Assembly (NCBI GenBank): GCA_035084275.1
Contig: CM068744.1
Coordinates: 27,838,001 to 27,902,000, forward strand
Source of the DNA: Hydrolagus colliei
Lineage: Eukaryota
DNA: 64,000 nt
Reading direction: 5' to 3'
Part shown: positions 22,547 to 35,815 of the stretch, in pieces
How positions within the stretch are numbered: position 1 is the stretch's first letter
How the letters are laid out: each line of letters opens with the position of its first letter
Translations under genes and position numbers: made by a program
Notes under the pieces: generated by a model
Database searches by the model: none
Seen by the model: only the letters and a program-made list of their open reading frames with translations
Told to the model about the DNA's origin: nothing

Positions 22547-23250
22547 TCACAAGATCACAAGATTGGTCTGGATGAAGAAATCCTTCGGCCCATACAATCT
22601 CATCTCTCCAGAATGCCCATCCTGCCATCACCCCTCACCTCTGCATCAAGCTGCTTTTTAAATGAATATCATGGCCTCTGTCACTTTTCCTGGCAACCTG
22701 TTCCAGTTGTTGATTACCATCTGCAGAAAAATCTCCCTGGTATTTTTCTTGAAATTTTCCATTGCAACTCTAAACCTATGTCCTCTCCTTCAAGACCGGT
22801 CTCAAGATCATCCTCTTCAATCGTCTGTCGCTCTCCCAACTCTCTCCCTCCCCTCCCCACTACCCTTCCCCTCCCCATTGCTCAGGTCTTGACTCGACTG
22901 TTCAGCGCCTTGGGACGTCCTCCCAGTGTGAAACGCTCCCTATAAATGTAATTTTATTGTTGTTGTTGTGCTGGGAATCATCCTGGTTGCTCTTCTCTGC
23001 ACTCTCCTGTACAGCCCCCTTACATCACAGAGACTAAATCTGTGTGCAGCGTTCAGGGTGAGGTCTGTCCACAGTGCTGTACAGCATGAGAATGACATCC
23101 GGGGATCTAAACTCAACGGATCTAGTAATATAGCCAGGCCTCCTATTTTCCATGTTTATTGCTGTTTATACACTGTTTTGATGCACTGAGCAACGAGTCA
23201 TCTAACACCCCCAGATCTCTTTCAATTTCCCTTTTCCCAAGTTTAACACC
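22547..23250 (-). mobile_element. Decayed CR1 3' region with a plus-strand L2 tail inserted at about 22795-22967
   Basis: CR1-like antisense text (GGCAACCTGTTCCAG.., ATCCTGGTTGCTCTTCTCTGCACTCTC) flanks CAGCGCCTTGGGACGTCCTCCC..(TTG)n. Confidence 0.65.
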
Positions 23251-23335
23251 ATCCACTTCTATGAAGTGCTTTGAGACATCTAGAAGACGTGAAAAGCGCT
23301 AGAACAAATGCAAGGATTATTATTATTATTATGAT

Positions 23336-23603
23336 ATTATAATCATCCTCGCATTTGTTATAGCTCCTATCAAGTCGCTGAAATGTCTCAAAGCACTTCA
23401 CAGAATATGTTGTAAAATTAATTGACTGTATTTTGTGGGCAAAATGCATCAGCCAATTGTGCACAGCAATATCCCACAACCAGTTGGGGATTAGGTTTTC
23501 TTTTGTATAGAATAAAGAAATTTGCCTACAGTTTGGCCCTGTCCGGGAATCCGAGGGTCATCTCACTCGCCAGATGAGCGCCCTGGCCACTATGTCACGG
23601 GCC
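23336..23603 (-). mobile_element. tRNA-derived SINE, tail-to-tail with a plus-strand SINE tail at 23260-23335
   Basis: Two SINE 3' ends meet at the (TTA)n tract. Confidence 0.75.
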
Positions 23604-26049
23604 TCTAATATGCAACCTCCTAGAACAATAAACTAAAATAATCAGTTAAATAATTGCTACAGTAATACCTGATGTTAATGAGATGTCTCTGTACATAGTT
23701 TTTAATTTTGACATTTCTCTAGTGTCAAAATTAAAACTAGATGCAGAGAAATATCACTGTATTTTATTCTGAAGCACTTTTATTGTATAATTTCTCTCAC
23801 TTCTAAAGTATTGACGTATAAACCTAAGAGTGATGTGTTCTATGGGACTTTCTCCATATCCACATGTACGTTCTCTGTCCTTTGCCAAGCGGTTTTGTGT
23901 CATTTAAACACAGTTGCTGTCGGTTTACAGAGCAACACTGCACCTAGTTCAGCACAAGTTGAAACCAAACTGACCATCTCAGTCCAATGGCTGGAGTGGA
24001 ATATGGGAAGATTGATTGATTGATTCTAGGTATGTGCAATAACTTCATCATCATAACTTCTCATGCAGTGGGCAGTTAATTTTGTAAACTGGGATTAAAA
24101 ATGGGAAAAGTAGAACAACAAATCTGCAGCAACAATGACTCACAAACCGTAATGGCCAATTTATTGTTTATTTTGTGAATTTAGTTAGGGGTGGGGTGGG
24201 GGGATGTTAACCCAATGTAATGAGAACACAAATCAATCATTAGCATTCAACTGATGCAAGTCAGAATGTTGGTTTAGTCTCATCCGAAGTACACCATCTC
24301 TAACAATCCAGCTCTCGCTCTGAACTGTCAGTCTAGATTATGAGTGAATTCTGGTGAGGAGCTCAAACCCATAGAGGCAAGAGAGCTACCAACTGAGCTA
24401 AACTGACACACAGATTATGACCACTGAGAGATGTTTGCACTCAATCTGCTACAGAGCGAAATCCCCCCAAGTGATTTCAACCTCAGGCCTTGTAATTTCT
24501 TTCTGTACTGTATTTACTAAATACAACCAAGAAATCCTCCAAGGTATAATAATCTTGTGACTAATTTGCTTTTTTTTAAGTGAGTGTTGTGTTTAAATCA
24601 TTGTTTTTAGTGTCTGCTATAGAATGTTACAGAGACAGCAGCCTCACCTTAAAGGATTAATCACAATAAAAATGACAAGGAATATTAATTCTCAAAGATC
24701 CGCAGAAGGTATTTTGTGCTTAGGAAACTATAATTATGTTTGTGTGGCACAAAAAGTGGTAGGAATAGTAAGGAGAAATGAAGAGGGTTTCTTCCGCTTC
24801 CCTTTGCGTTTGTGATATTGCCTGAATTAATGCGGGGTCGAGCCATGTAGGGAGTTCCCACTTATTATTTGTTGGATTGTGCATAAATGATGATGCACGG
24901 CTATGTTTCCTGCAGGGAGCGTGAGTGACTGTTGATAGACTGCCTGAACACTGCAGGAGCTGGAAGGATGGAACATGGGCCTCAAGTTCAAAGCTACCTG
25001 TCAGATGTAATGACTTCTTTTAAGATGTTTTCTGTGTATGAGCATAATGGCCTGCAGGGGTCCTAGCAGCTAGCTGTCTGAAAAACCATTGGAAAGTGCC
25101 TTATTTGTGACCTGAATAGCAGCATCACGTCTCTTACATTGCTGCTTTACATTCAGTGTGCGTATTAGAGAGGCACACAGCAGTCTTTCCGATATGGCTA
25201 CTGTACAGCGGTTATTGCTGCGACACATTCAGACAGTATTTTGTTGCAATTTGTCTCAACGTGATATCATCTTTTGACTAGGCCCATAAAACCGTGTCTG
25301 TCAGAATCTTTTCTTTAGTTTAATTTCTCCCATCTTGTTTGCATTGCACCCAGCCAGCGATGGCACGAGATCCCAGCATGGGGCAAGAGTGAGAGGAGCA
25401 ATAATTTAATCATCGGAGCTCAAAGTATTTGCGTTTTGTGCTTCTGGTGTTTTTACTTTTGTTGTCTTCATTATGCATTTCCTTGATTGTACAGATTAAA
25501 CCCTTGTATGTGTGCAGGGTTGCTGCCATTTCTGATGATAACATTGGCTGTATGGAACAATACATCAGTATGAAAGGCTTTTCAAGAACCTATTAGATAT
25601 TTTGTCAGCACTTTGTAATCTTTGGACAAGTCTACAGTGATCTGCCACTAGTAGCTTTTCCAGGGTCTTACCCATTCAACTGTCTTCAATTGCTGTGCAC
25701 GAACCAGTGAGTAAATGGTTGACAAGTTGACAAAGGTTGGGGGAAAAAAAGGAACGTTTTCCACCCTCCCCTAATGTAGACTTTCACAGGATGTGCAAAG
25801 CTGCAGCTGCAGATGGCAAACCACAATCTGTGACCTTGACTAAGCTTAGAGAGGAGAGATGTTTGTGTGTGTGGCTGCTTAACCTTTTATGTACTGCACT
25901 GATAGTTCTGGTTGGAAATTATCGTCAGCACCTTATACATTTACAAATAATGATTTTGGGGGGTTTTGAGGGTCAACACTGAATGATTTTTCAAACCTCC
26001 AGATCAGTCCCGATAATCAGTGCAAATCCTCTCAGGTCTTCTAACACAA

Positions 26050-26920
26050 TTGCATCTAACTTGCTCCAGTTGAATGGCAACAAGACCAAGGCCCTCCTGC
26101 TTAGCTCTCGACTGTGCCTCCGTACCTCGGGAGTTGACAGTATCACTCTTCACTCTATACCTCACATAGCCAATCTGGAACCTCAGCGTCCTGTTTGATC
26201 CTCAACTGTCCTTTATCTGCCACATCCATGCCATGACCTGCTCCACTTTTCCCCACCTCCGGACCATTGTCCGTCTCTGCCACTGTCTCTGATCACAGGC
26301 CGCCGAGACCCTCAAACATGCATTCATGACATCCATGCTTAACTATGCAAACTGCCTGCTGGTCAGCCTCCCAACTCCTCCCTCCACACGCTGCAGATCA
26401 TCCCGAATTCTGAAACCCATATCTTCTCCTTCACCAGGCTCTGCTATCCTATCACTCACATCCTCACCCAGCTCCACAGGCTCCCCATCGCACAGAGGAT
26501 ACAGTTCAAGATCCTGGTCCTCACTTTCAATGCCTTCGTTAGCACTGCTCCTCCCTACCTCCGTGGCCTACTAATCCCCTACCATCCTACCCGCTCCCAT
26601 CACTCAGCAAGCTCTGGCCTGCTTCACATTCCCTGCCTTGCCTGCCCCACCATTGGTGGGTGGTCTTTCAGCCATTCTACCCCCACACTCTGTTACTCCA
26701 TTTAACAGTCTCTCCACCCTGCTCCTTTCCTATTTCAAGACCCATCTGAAGACCCTCTTCTTCAATAATAGCTTTGGTCACCCTGCCCTCCACCCTCCTG
26801 ATCCTAACCACCAGCTCCTGATCCTAACCACCAGCTCGGGGTGGATCGCTAGCTGTCCAGCGCTTTAGAATATCTTCCTGATGTGAAAGGCACTATGCAA
26901 ATGTAATTTGTTGTTGATGT
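26050..26920 (+). mobile_element. L2 LINE 3' fragment
   Basis: LQLNGNKTKALLL.., CAGTTCAAGATCCTGGTCCTCACTTTC, terminal stem-loop and TTG tail. Confidence 0.85.
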
Positions 26921-26940
26921 TCCTCCCTCCACACATACAG

Positions 26941-27296
26941 TCGGGGCATTTTCAACCTCGGTGCAATCGGTGCACCAACAGGCCCCTCTGCCCTCTTATA
27001 TTGCGGGCCCCCAAAGTATATTTGCGCATATACAATTTTATTTTATGCAGCAATTAACTTTTGTTGGGTGCGATGCCTCTTCAGACGGACCACCTGCTCC
27101 TCCGGGCTGTGGAGAGCTCTGGTTTTCGCTATATTTAACAAAAGACGAGAGCACAGCACGCTCAAATCCTCCCATTTTTATGATTTTTTTAAAAAGTAAT
27201 GCATGCGCACTTATTAAACTTTATTAAACTTACTGTCAGTGACGGGCCCATTAAGAATATTGCACCGAGTAGTTTGAAATTTTAAAAACGCCTCTG
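26941..27296. mobile_element. hAT-type MITE, 356 bp
   Basis: Perfect 8-bp flanking repeat ACATACAG (26933-26940, 27297-27304); imperfect TIRs (GGGGCATTTT / AAAACGCCTCTG); subterminal inverted CTCGGTGCAA / TTGCACCGAG; GGGCCC near both ends. Confidence 0.7.
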
Positions 27297-27459
27297 ACAT
27301 ACAGGGTCACACACATGCTCACATAGCTCATTCACACGCATACACACACGCTTACATTAGACTTCCAGATGTTGGGTACATGGGAGAAAATTTTCTCCGG
27401 CCATTAAATTTATTACCCATAATGAGTATCATTCTCTGTTGCAAAACCATGGTAACCAT

Positions 27460-29300
27460 AGGTATGTTTGAAGAGGTAGGTTTTAAGGTGAGATTTGAAG
27501 ATAGATGATGATGGCGTGAGGCAAAAGGGTAGAGGTAGAAGGTCCAGAGATTGGGCCATAATGACTGAACATTATGCTGCTGACGGTAGCATGGAGAGGG
27601 CATGGGATGGCAGCAGGCCTGTGTTAGCTGAATGAAGGGGGTGGGAAGAGGAGGGTGTCAAGGAGATCGAAAAAAGGGAGGTGCTAGGATATGAAATAAT
27701 TTATATATGAGGCCGAGGGCCAAGAATTTGATCTGTTCAAAGATGATTAGCTATTGGAGCCTGGTGAGGATAATACAATAATAATCATTGCAGTTGATGT
27801 AGCATTTTAACAACAACAACAACAACAACTTCAATTTATGTAGTGCCCTCCATGCCGGACGGAGTCTCAGAGCACTTCACAATAATGGATCTCGGGGGCA
27901 AGCCAGGGGCAGGGGGAGAAACGTGACCGAAGGTGTGCTCGAAGAGAAAAATCTTTAGCTGAGAGCTGAGACAACTTTATCATGTTGTTGAGACCTCTCA
28001 AAGCGTCTCACAACGTATACTGTAAAGCATTTTGTATATTTTGTGAGTGAGAATAAGGGTGATGGCTGTTGGGAGTTTGCTACATTTGAAGATATGGCCA
28101 GCAGAGTTTGTGATTAACTGGACCTTGTGCATGGTGGAACTGAGGAGGTTCAACCCCCTTCCAGCAGTATATCAACAAGTAGATAGACAGAGATTAGTAT
28201 TCAATGTTTTACTGACAGGGAACATCTTCTCTCCTCCAGCTCTGACCAACTTAACCTCCTCAACTGTCTTGGCCTCAGTCTCATGCCTCATACTCTCTGA
28301 AAAACAGTGCACAATGTTGGAGTTGGTTTGACAGCCAGGTTTGCTTGCTTCCTCACTAAAGGAAGGCCTCCCTCCTTCATCTCTGGCAATCAGCTCCCTC
28401 CACCTCTATCTCACATACCCACTGCTGCTGAAACACTAATTCACACTTTCGTCACATGCCACTTAGACTTTTCCAATGCACTCCTTGCTAAGCTCCACCA
28501 CCCATGAGTTGCAACTCATTCAAAATTCTGCCACCTGCTTCTTAGTCCTTACCGATCTCCTCCCCTTTCCTTTGCTCGATGTCCAACCCTGTCCACATAC
28601 AGCGCTTGGAGACATTACCCTATGCAAAGAACTATAAATGCAAGCTGTTATTGTTGTAAAGACAAATGCATCATCCACTAGACTGCCAGTGATTAACACC
28701 AATAGACTTCCAGAAAATAACAATAAGAACAACAAATTTACATTCATAGAGCGCCTTTCACATTGGGGGGATGTCCCAAGGTCATGTTCCAATATCTCTG
28801 AATAGTCAGGGATCGGGACCTGAGCATGGGGTTGTTGGGAGGGGCAGGATAGGTGGGAGAGTAGGGAGAGAGGTGGGAGGGTGGCAGAAAGTATGATCGA
28901 AATGGAGGGTCTTGAGAACGGCCTTGAAGTAGGAGGAATAAATATCAACAACGTGTATTTACGTGTATTTACATACCATAATTAATGTAAAAGATTGCTT
29001 GACAAATCTAATGATGGATAGAGAGCAGCGAAATAGGAGAAAATATATAATCAAAGAGATGTATTTTCATCCAGTTATGTGAAGGCAGGGAGAGAGGTAC
29101 AAAGGCAGAGTGGTTTTGAAAGAACTGAGGTAAATGAAGGTTTAGCCACCAATGGTGGGCAATAGGACAGGAGTGAAGCAATAGACCAGCAATAGAGTGA
29201 AATGCAGAACTAAAGAAAATTGTATCATATAACAACAACAAAATTGCATTTGTATAGGAATTGAATACAAGGACAAGTATTTTAAACATGATCCTTTGAT
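27460..29300. mobile_element. Cluster of decayed L2 fragments (27460-27770 -, 27808-27960 -, 28380-28660 +, 28720-28930 -, 29040-29300 -)
   Basis: Similarity to the 11148-11660 copy and (CAA)n/(TTG)n tails; AETLIHTFVTCHLDFSNALL at 28.4 kb. Confidence 0.7.
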
Positions 29301-29394
29301 TTAATATAGCAAATGGTGAGCATATGCAGAGCCTTATGTGGGAAAGGATGAGAATTGTCGAGCTTTTAATCAGTTAAAGTAATAAATAATATTG

Positions 29395-29660
29395 CTAGAT
29401 GTCTCAAAGAGTTTCGCAGAATATACTGTGAATTGATTGAACATTTGTAGGCGAAAAGTGGCAGCCAATTGCGCACAGCGTCTCACAAATAGATGTGGAT
29501 TGAGTGATCAAATTATTATTTATCAATTATCTTCAGTGATTATTATCAGAGAAAGGAAATGCTCAAGGTTTTACTCAAAGGTTTTGCTGAAGGTTTTGTT
29601 GTGCTGGGAATCAAACCAAGGTCTATTGCTTGTGACTGAGACTGAGCTATTGGACTGCAG
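29395..29660 (-). mobile_element. tRNA-derived SINE (degenerate)
   Basis: Body GGCAGCCAATTGCGCACAGC and head remnant ACTGAGCTA..GGACT. Confidence 0.7.
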
Positions 29661-30989
29661 TATTTTAAAAGTGGAAAAAGGGAGTTTGGCGAGGAGAGAA
29701 TTTTAAAAAATCTATTCTTAAGATGGCAAAAGAGAAACACTGCACTTTTATAAGCACTCTTATTACATCAAAATGCACCAAAGTAATTTAGGGTAGTTCC
29801 TGTCAAGTGTTTGGTTTTGGAAGCAAACGAGGTACACAAGAAGGTCATATAACAGCTAAGAAGTGTATGACCAATTTATCATCAGGATTGTTGGCCAGGA
29901 CCCTGAGACAAACCAATGTATTATTTCAATATGTGGCCCTGAGTCCTTATTGTCCACCTGAACAGGCAGATGAGATGTCAGATTTAACATCTCATCCTAA
30001 ATGAAGTATTTCCTCCAATACTTTGCTCCCTTGCATTGCAAACTCAAGCCCCATTATGGGTCAATTTGAACATGCAAGGGTCTATCCCAGAGCCCAGAGT
30101 TTTTCCAAATGAGTGAAGCTGTGGCCTTAATGAAAGGCATGGATAACGTTTTACGGACATGAAAGACAGGCAAAAGCTTAAGAAGATTATGTTCCAGATA
30201 TGGAAGAGTAACTTTATCCCTGGGTTGGATTTTGAGAATTAATACATTTCCCCCACTAGAGGGAGCAAAGCAGGAAATCCTCTCCTATTAACCCTATCCT
30301 TGATATTAATTCAAATGTCTTTATTTTTGTATCTTTGATTCCAGCCTGTCTTTCCACTCCTCCCATATCTTGGCAGGCTTGCGTGCGCTGTAGTATTCGA
30401 TGGGAAAAACCATTTAGCTCATTTTTGTTTGTTTTTGTAAGTCAAAAATGGAAATAACAATTAATGCTTTGGATGCAGTCTGGTATTGTTGAGAATCAGA
30501 TGCCAATGTCAACACACAGCTGAGTGAAAACAAATATTTATAACATGATAATAATAATAGTAATCCCTGCATTTTATATCACGTCGTTGAGACATCTCAA
30601 ACCACTTCACAGTATGTACTGTAAATTGTGTTGGCTCTATATTTTGTGGGTGAAAGGCAGCAGCCAATTTTTCATAATCCTATCCTCATATTTTAAGGTT
30701 TGTGACAAAAAATATAGGACAAACATATTTTTACCTCTATCACCTTTGCACACTCAAAGTCTTTTGTTATCATACCATATATTACATTGCAACAACAACT
30801 TGCATTCATATAGCACCTTTCACGTCAAATAATCACTCAGCACATCAAATGTAAATAAGGCTAAAAATAGACAAGAAAATAAAGTCTATGCCTAATATAC
30901 ATTTACAGTGTACTCCTATTTATTAAATCTAAGCATTCCTGTATTATTCTGCTGTGCATTCTCAGTTAAAATCTCACACCTCTGTTCAA

Positions 30990-31310
30990 ATCGACTCACT
31001 CCCTGGCACCTACCTCTCCAACCTCCTAACTCCCCAATCCACCATCCGGTACATCCGCTTCACCAGCCTTCTGCTCATCCCTCGCACCCATCGGAGGCAG
31101 CACTTTCAGCCGCTATTCCCCAATCTCTCCCACAATCCCTCCGCCTTGCCCCCTCTCTCCCCTTTTTCAAGTTCCACCTGAAAATCTTCCTGGTCAACCG
31201 TGCTTACAGCCACCTACCCACTCCCCCACACCTGGTTTGGTGTATCTGTTAAGTGCTCTGAGACGCTACCTGGCATGGAAGGTGCTATATAAAGTGCAAG
31301 TTGTTGTTGT
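30990..31310 (+). mobile_element. L2 3' fragment
   Basis: FFKFHLKIFLVNRAY followed by GAAGGTGCTATATAAAGTGCAAG(TTG)n. Confidence 0.8.
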
Positions 31311-32477
31311 CATTGTAAAATAGATAAGTTCTGAGGGGTTTGAACAGCAGATTTTTCATGCTCAGGAATTTCTGTCTGCTCGCAATTATTACATAGTTAA
31401 TGTGTAGGGTTTCCCTCTATTGTTTCACTGACAAATAGCAGTATCTCGGGTGAGTAAAAATCTATTCGTGACAGTAGAATTTTTTTTAAAAAAGCTATGG
31501 TTTAGGAGACAATGTGTTAAAGAACAGGACGCTAAAAGCTTACATCCTTCGGAACATTGCAACCAAGACAAGGAAGGCTGGGAGGCAAGCAATCTTTATT
31601 TTTAAAAAAATTGAATTGCAACAACCTTCCTTTCAGACGACTACTTTGCAGACTCCATTCTTGGCTGTCTTACAAATTGCTGTTTGAAGCTGTTTTGCGG
31701 GTGCGGAGGTGGGGTGGGGGGGAGGGGGAAAGGGGTTTACAGACAAACAGAATTCAATACAACCGAAAGGGTTCATAGCAGGTGGGGTCGTGAATACAAA
31801 CCACTTGGCACTAGGCTCCCTTTGTGTAGCCACAGCAGAGGTGTGCCTGCATGCAGCAGAACAGCTGTTTGCTTAGCTGTGTGCCACCATCCATCAGTTG
31901 TAAGGATTAGCTTATATTTAAAGAGAGTTATTGGATGGGGTAATGAAAGCAGGTGAAACAGCCATCTGCACATTTCTTCAACCTTTCAGAGGAAGAGCTA
32001 TAACCTCTATGAATTAGAGCCTTCTAAAGAGATGATTAAGAAATCGTTGAAAGATGAAATAAGTAGAGGAACAGCACATGATCGCAGGGAAAAAATCTGT
32101 ATGTTGCAATTGAAAATTTCTCATAGATTTCCTCCCTCTAATTGGTTTTTAGCTGATTAATCAGTAATGATATCATGTATTCACTCCTGTGGTAAATAGA
32201 AATTTGTATAATTTGAATGTAATGATGCTCAATTTTACTGTAATTTTGTGCTTTTTGACTTGCTTAAATTTTCAAAATTGCAGCTGTAGTTATTTATAGG
32301 AATATAATTACTGCACATATACAGTATACTTGGTTAGATAATATATTGGCGGGGGGAAAGGGAGGAAATGTGTGGTATATAATGTGATAGATAGCACCAG
32401 TCATAATCATCACATCGCATGCCACACGTTTTAGCCAATAAACTTGTTTCATTTTTTGTTAGTCTGGTGCCAAATGC

Positions 32478-32750
32478 GAGTTCTGTAGCTTAGTGGTTAG
32501 ACCACTCACCTCGCAAGTGAGAGGACCTGGGTTTTGTTTCCTGAGCATGGGGAAATGTTGGGCTTATTCCACACACTTCTGTTTACCAAGCAGTAAGTAG
32601 GAACCTGATTGTTAGTTGATTGGCGCATTGCTTTTCCGCTATTCAAAACAAAATTTGGTCACTCAATCCACAACTGTTTGTGGGATACTGCTGTGCACAA
32701 TTGGCTGCCGCATTTCTCACACAGAATATACAGTCAACTCACTTTACAGT
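32478..32750 (+). mobile_element. tRNA-derived SINE, long subfamily, 3'-truncated at a hammerhead-like motif
   Basis: Head and body match the family; homology stops after ACTTTACAGT. Confidence 0.85.
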
Positions 32751-32756
32751 ACCCTC

Positions 32757-32790
32757 CTGATGAAGGGTTGTAGACCCGAAATGTTGACTC
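32757..32790 (+). ncRNA. Degenerate minimal hammerhead ribozyme motif (Penelope-type)
   Basis: CTGATGA-A-GGGT-TGTAG-ACCC-GAAA-tGTT: conserved core boxes CUGAUGA and GAAA around stem II; the C after GAAA is replaced by T, consistent with CpG decay. Confidence 0.55.
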
Positions 32791-33870
32791 TTTTTCCAAT
32801 CGAAGGAACTCGAGTCTGAGAATAGAGTATGTTGAATGGTGTTTCTGTGAGTCAATGTTACGTGGTTCTACATTCCTTAACTGAGGAGTCCTATTTGGCA
32901 ATTTCTGAAATTTGAACCCCGGTAGTCTTCTGTCAACGTAGATCTGGCACTGTTTGCACATTATTCTTTATTAGGTGTCGGCCTAACCTACTTGGTAGCA
33001 CTCTCACCTTTGGGTCAGAAGGTTGTGGGTTCCAGCCCTGCACAGTCCAGGCTGACATTGTTGGGGATGTCGTGCTCTGTTGGAGGTGCTGTCCTTCAGA
33101 TGAAACGTTAAACCAAGTTTCTGTCAGAATCCTTCTAGGCTTTGTGTGTCCATGTCCATCTCCATCTCTCCACATCCTTGGAAACTCACCTTTTCAGTTA
33201 TCGGCAGTTTTCAACAGTGCGGTCATTAATGAGTGCACACGTTACATGTTGCGGTTTTCATTTCTACGTGGGTTATGGCTTCGCCTGTTCTTGATTAGGT
33301 GATTTTATATTCATTATCATCTTAGTTGTTTTGATTAAACTCCATCCTGAGTCTGTCTGACTCACTCCCACTTTCCTTCATCTCGTTCAAACCCCATTTC
33401 TTTGGCTATGATTCCAGCCATATTTCCCCTCTTCACCCACTTTGTCTCCCACTCCCAGCTCGCGTGCCTGGCCAGTAGTGTCAAGAATTCAGAGCCTCCT
33501 CTTGACAGGAATAATGCTATATAAATGTAAATTGCATTCTATTATTTGTATACCTGCTGGATTTGTGATTGGTGTCTAATCCCTTTCATACTGTGTGGAT
33601 TGAGGTTAATAGAAATAGGTGCATCCTGATGTGTCAGCCGGGCTCAATTGCTACCTCTTGCCTCAAATTGGCTGCTGTATTCACCTATACAGTGATTACA
33701 CAGTTCACGACACAGTGACTATGCTCTACAGGGATTCCTGTGAACTGCTTCGTGACATTTGGATAACATGATAAGGTACTGTCTCGAACAACTGGCTTGC
33801 TGTTGCACAACTTATGAATTTGATTCTACTAGTTAGTGTAATGATTTCTCTCGTCAATAGTTTATCATCT

Positions 33871-34412
33871 TAATAATCCTTGCGCTTGTTATAGTGTCTT
33901 CTACATGTCTTCTGGATGTATTTTAGATGTCTCAAAGCGCTTCAAAGAATATACTGTGAAGGTAATTGATTGTAATACGTTATAATATTGACTGTAATAT
34001 ATTTGTGGGTGAAACGCAGCAGCTAATTGCTCACAGCCATGTCCCACAAACAGTTATGGATTGAATTGACAAATTTATTTTTGGTTTTTTTTGAGGGATT
34101 ATTACCAGGTATGTAGAGTAAGGAAATTTGCCCACGGTTTTGCCCTGCCTGGAATCGAACCAAGATCTCTCGCTTGCAAAGTGAGTGCTCTAACCATTAA
34201 GCCACACCTTAATAACAATAATAATAATCCTTGCATTTGATATAACTCTTTTCACATCTTCTGGATGTCTCATACTGCTTCACAGAATATACTATAAAGT
34301 AAATTGACTGTATGTTTTGTCGGCAAAACGCAGCAGCCAATTACACATAGCAGTGTCTTACAAACAGTTGTGGAATGAGATGTACAATTTTTTTTTGAGG
34401 GATTATTATTAG
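33871..34412 (-). mobile_element. Two tandem tRNA-derived SINEs (33871-34204 full short type; 34211-34412 lacking head)
   Basis: Two successive reverse-complement bodies, each with an AATAATCCTTGC tail. Confidence 0.88.
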
Positions 34413-35297
34413 GTGTATCCTTATCCAAGATATCCAATCAAACAAATCTGTATGGATTGTTATTATCCATAGTGTTAGGCACTCTAGGCATGAGCATGTT
34501 CCTCGGTAGTTTAGTGGCAACGTGCACATCTAATCTACAAGCCCAGTGGATACGAGATACGAGTCCTATTATTGGTCACACACAGCAGGCGAAGACACGA
34601 GGGAATACTTCTGGATTGAATGGCAATCTCAGTGTTGTGGAAGCTGCATATGCCTAGTGATTTAGTAATGCAACATGGATATATTGCTGGCTTTGGCAGC
34701 GGGAGTTATGGCCTTGGCTTCAACATCCAAGTTTTTAATTTTGTACATTAGGGTGGCATAACAACAGCATGCAGCTGGATGCGAATGTAACAAGGATAGA
34801 TGTCTCATGGATTCATCCTGCTGTTTGCTGAGAGTACAGAAATAACTGGAGAAAATGACACTGGGGGATGGCAACAAACATACCAGAGATCTTCCACAGC
34901 AGCCTTATGATTGCTGAAACAATTCTGATTTAGGAAGTGATGGTTGACTGTAAATTGGAAATGTCCAGGTAGAAGAGTCAGAGTTAGAGGAGGCAACAGT
35001 GGGATGAATTCCATCAGAAACAGAAACTGTGTGTTTCTGTGTGTGAGTGTGTGTATGTTTGTGATGGGGGAATGGAGGGATTGGGTATGTGATATTTATC
35101 ATTGATGGTAATTATCACATCACATATTGCATTCCCCCTCCCTTTTATGTGTGAACTCTTGCTATTCATTGCTGGAATAGTAACAGAAATGCTGACGTGC
35201 AGCTGTTGCAGCTCTTGTGTTCCTGGCATACATGTAGCAGATTTCAGAGCACAGAAGTCTTAAGTGCTAACAAATCTTGTACCACTGCTGCAGTCGT

Positions 35298-35815
35298 AGG
35301 AACATAAACAACACTAAAAAGATCATTGAGGTCCATCTGGATAGTCCCAAGTAAAAACAAATCCTAAATTGTCTTATTTGTCAATCACTCTGTCAAATTT
35401 TTCTCACCAAATATCTGTCTAATTTCCCCCTTGAATTTGCTGACACTATCTGCATCCACTGTCTCCTTGGGATGTTTACTCCATTCTCTTTGTAGAGTAA
35501 TTAAATCTGAACTGTAGATTCATGTTCCCTCTTTTGAATTTGAGTCTGTGTACCCCCGTTCTTTGTTTGAGACTATTTAAAGGTCACAAATGTGGAGCAA
35601 GGGGACCAGGACTCAAATGCATCATTTAGGATCTTGAATATTTAAATAAACTCTCCTCTGAGCTTCCCTTTTTCTTCAATGTGAACATTTCCAGGTTCGA
35701 TAGATTCTCCTAGTAACGCAGGTGAGTATTTCCATCTATTCATTTAGTTGCCCTTCACTGTGCCTTCACTTAAACCGAGATGCTTCCACCTTAATACGAC
35801 AATCAGAATTGTCCC
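35298..35815 (-). mobile_element. Decayed CR1 3' region
   Basis: Antisense CR1-like text CTATCTGCATCCACTGTCTCCTTGG..TTCCATTCT..CATTTAGTTGCCCTTCACTG. Confidence 0.55.
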
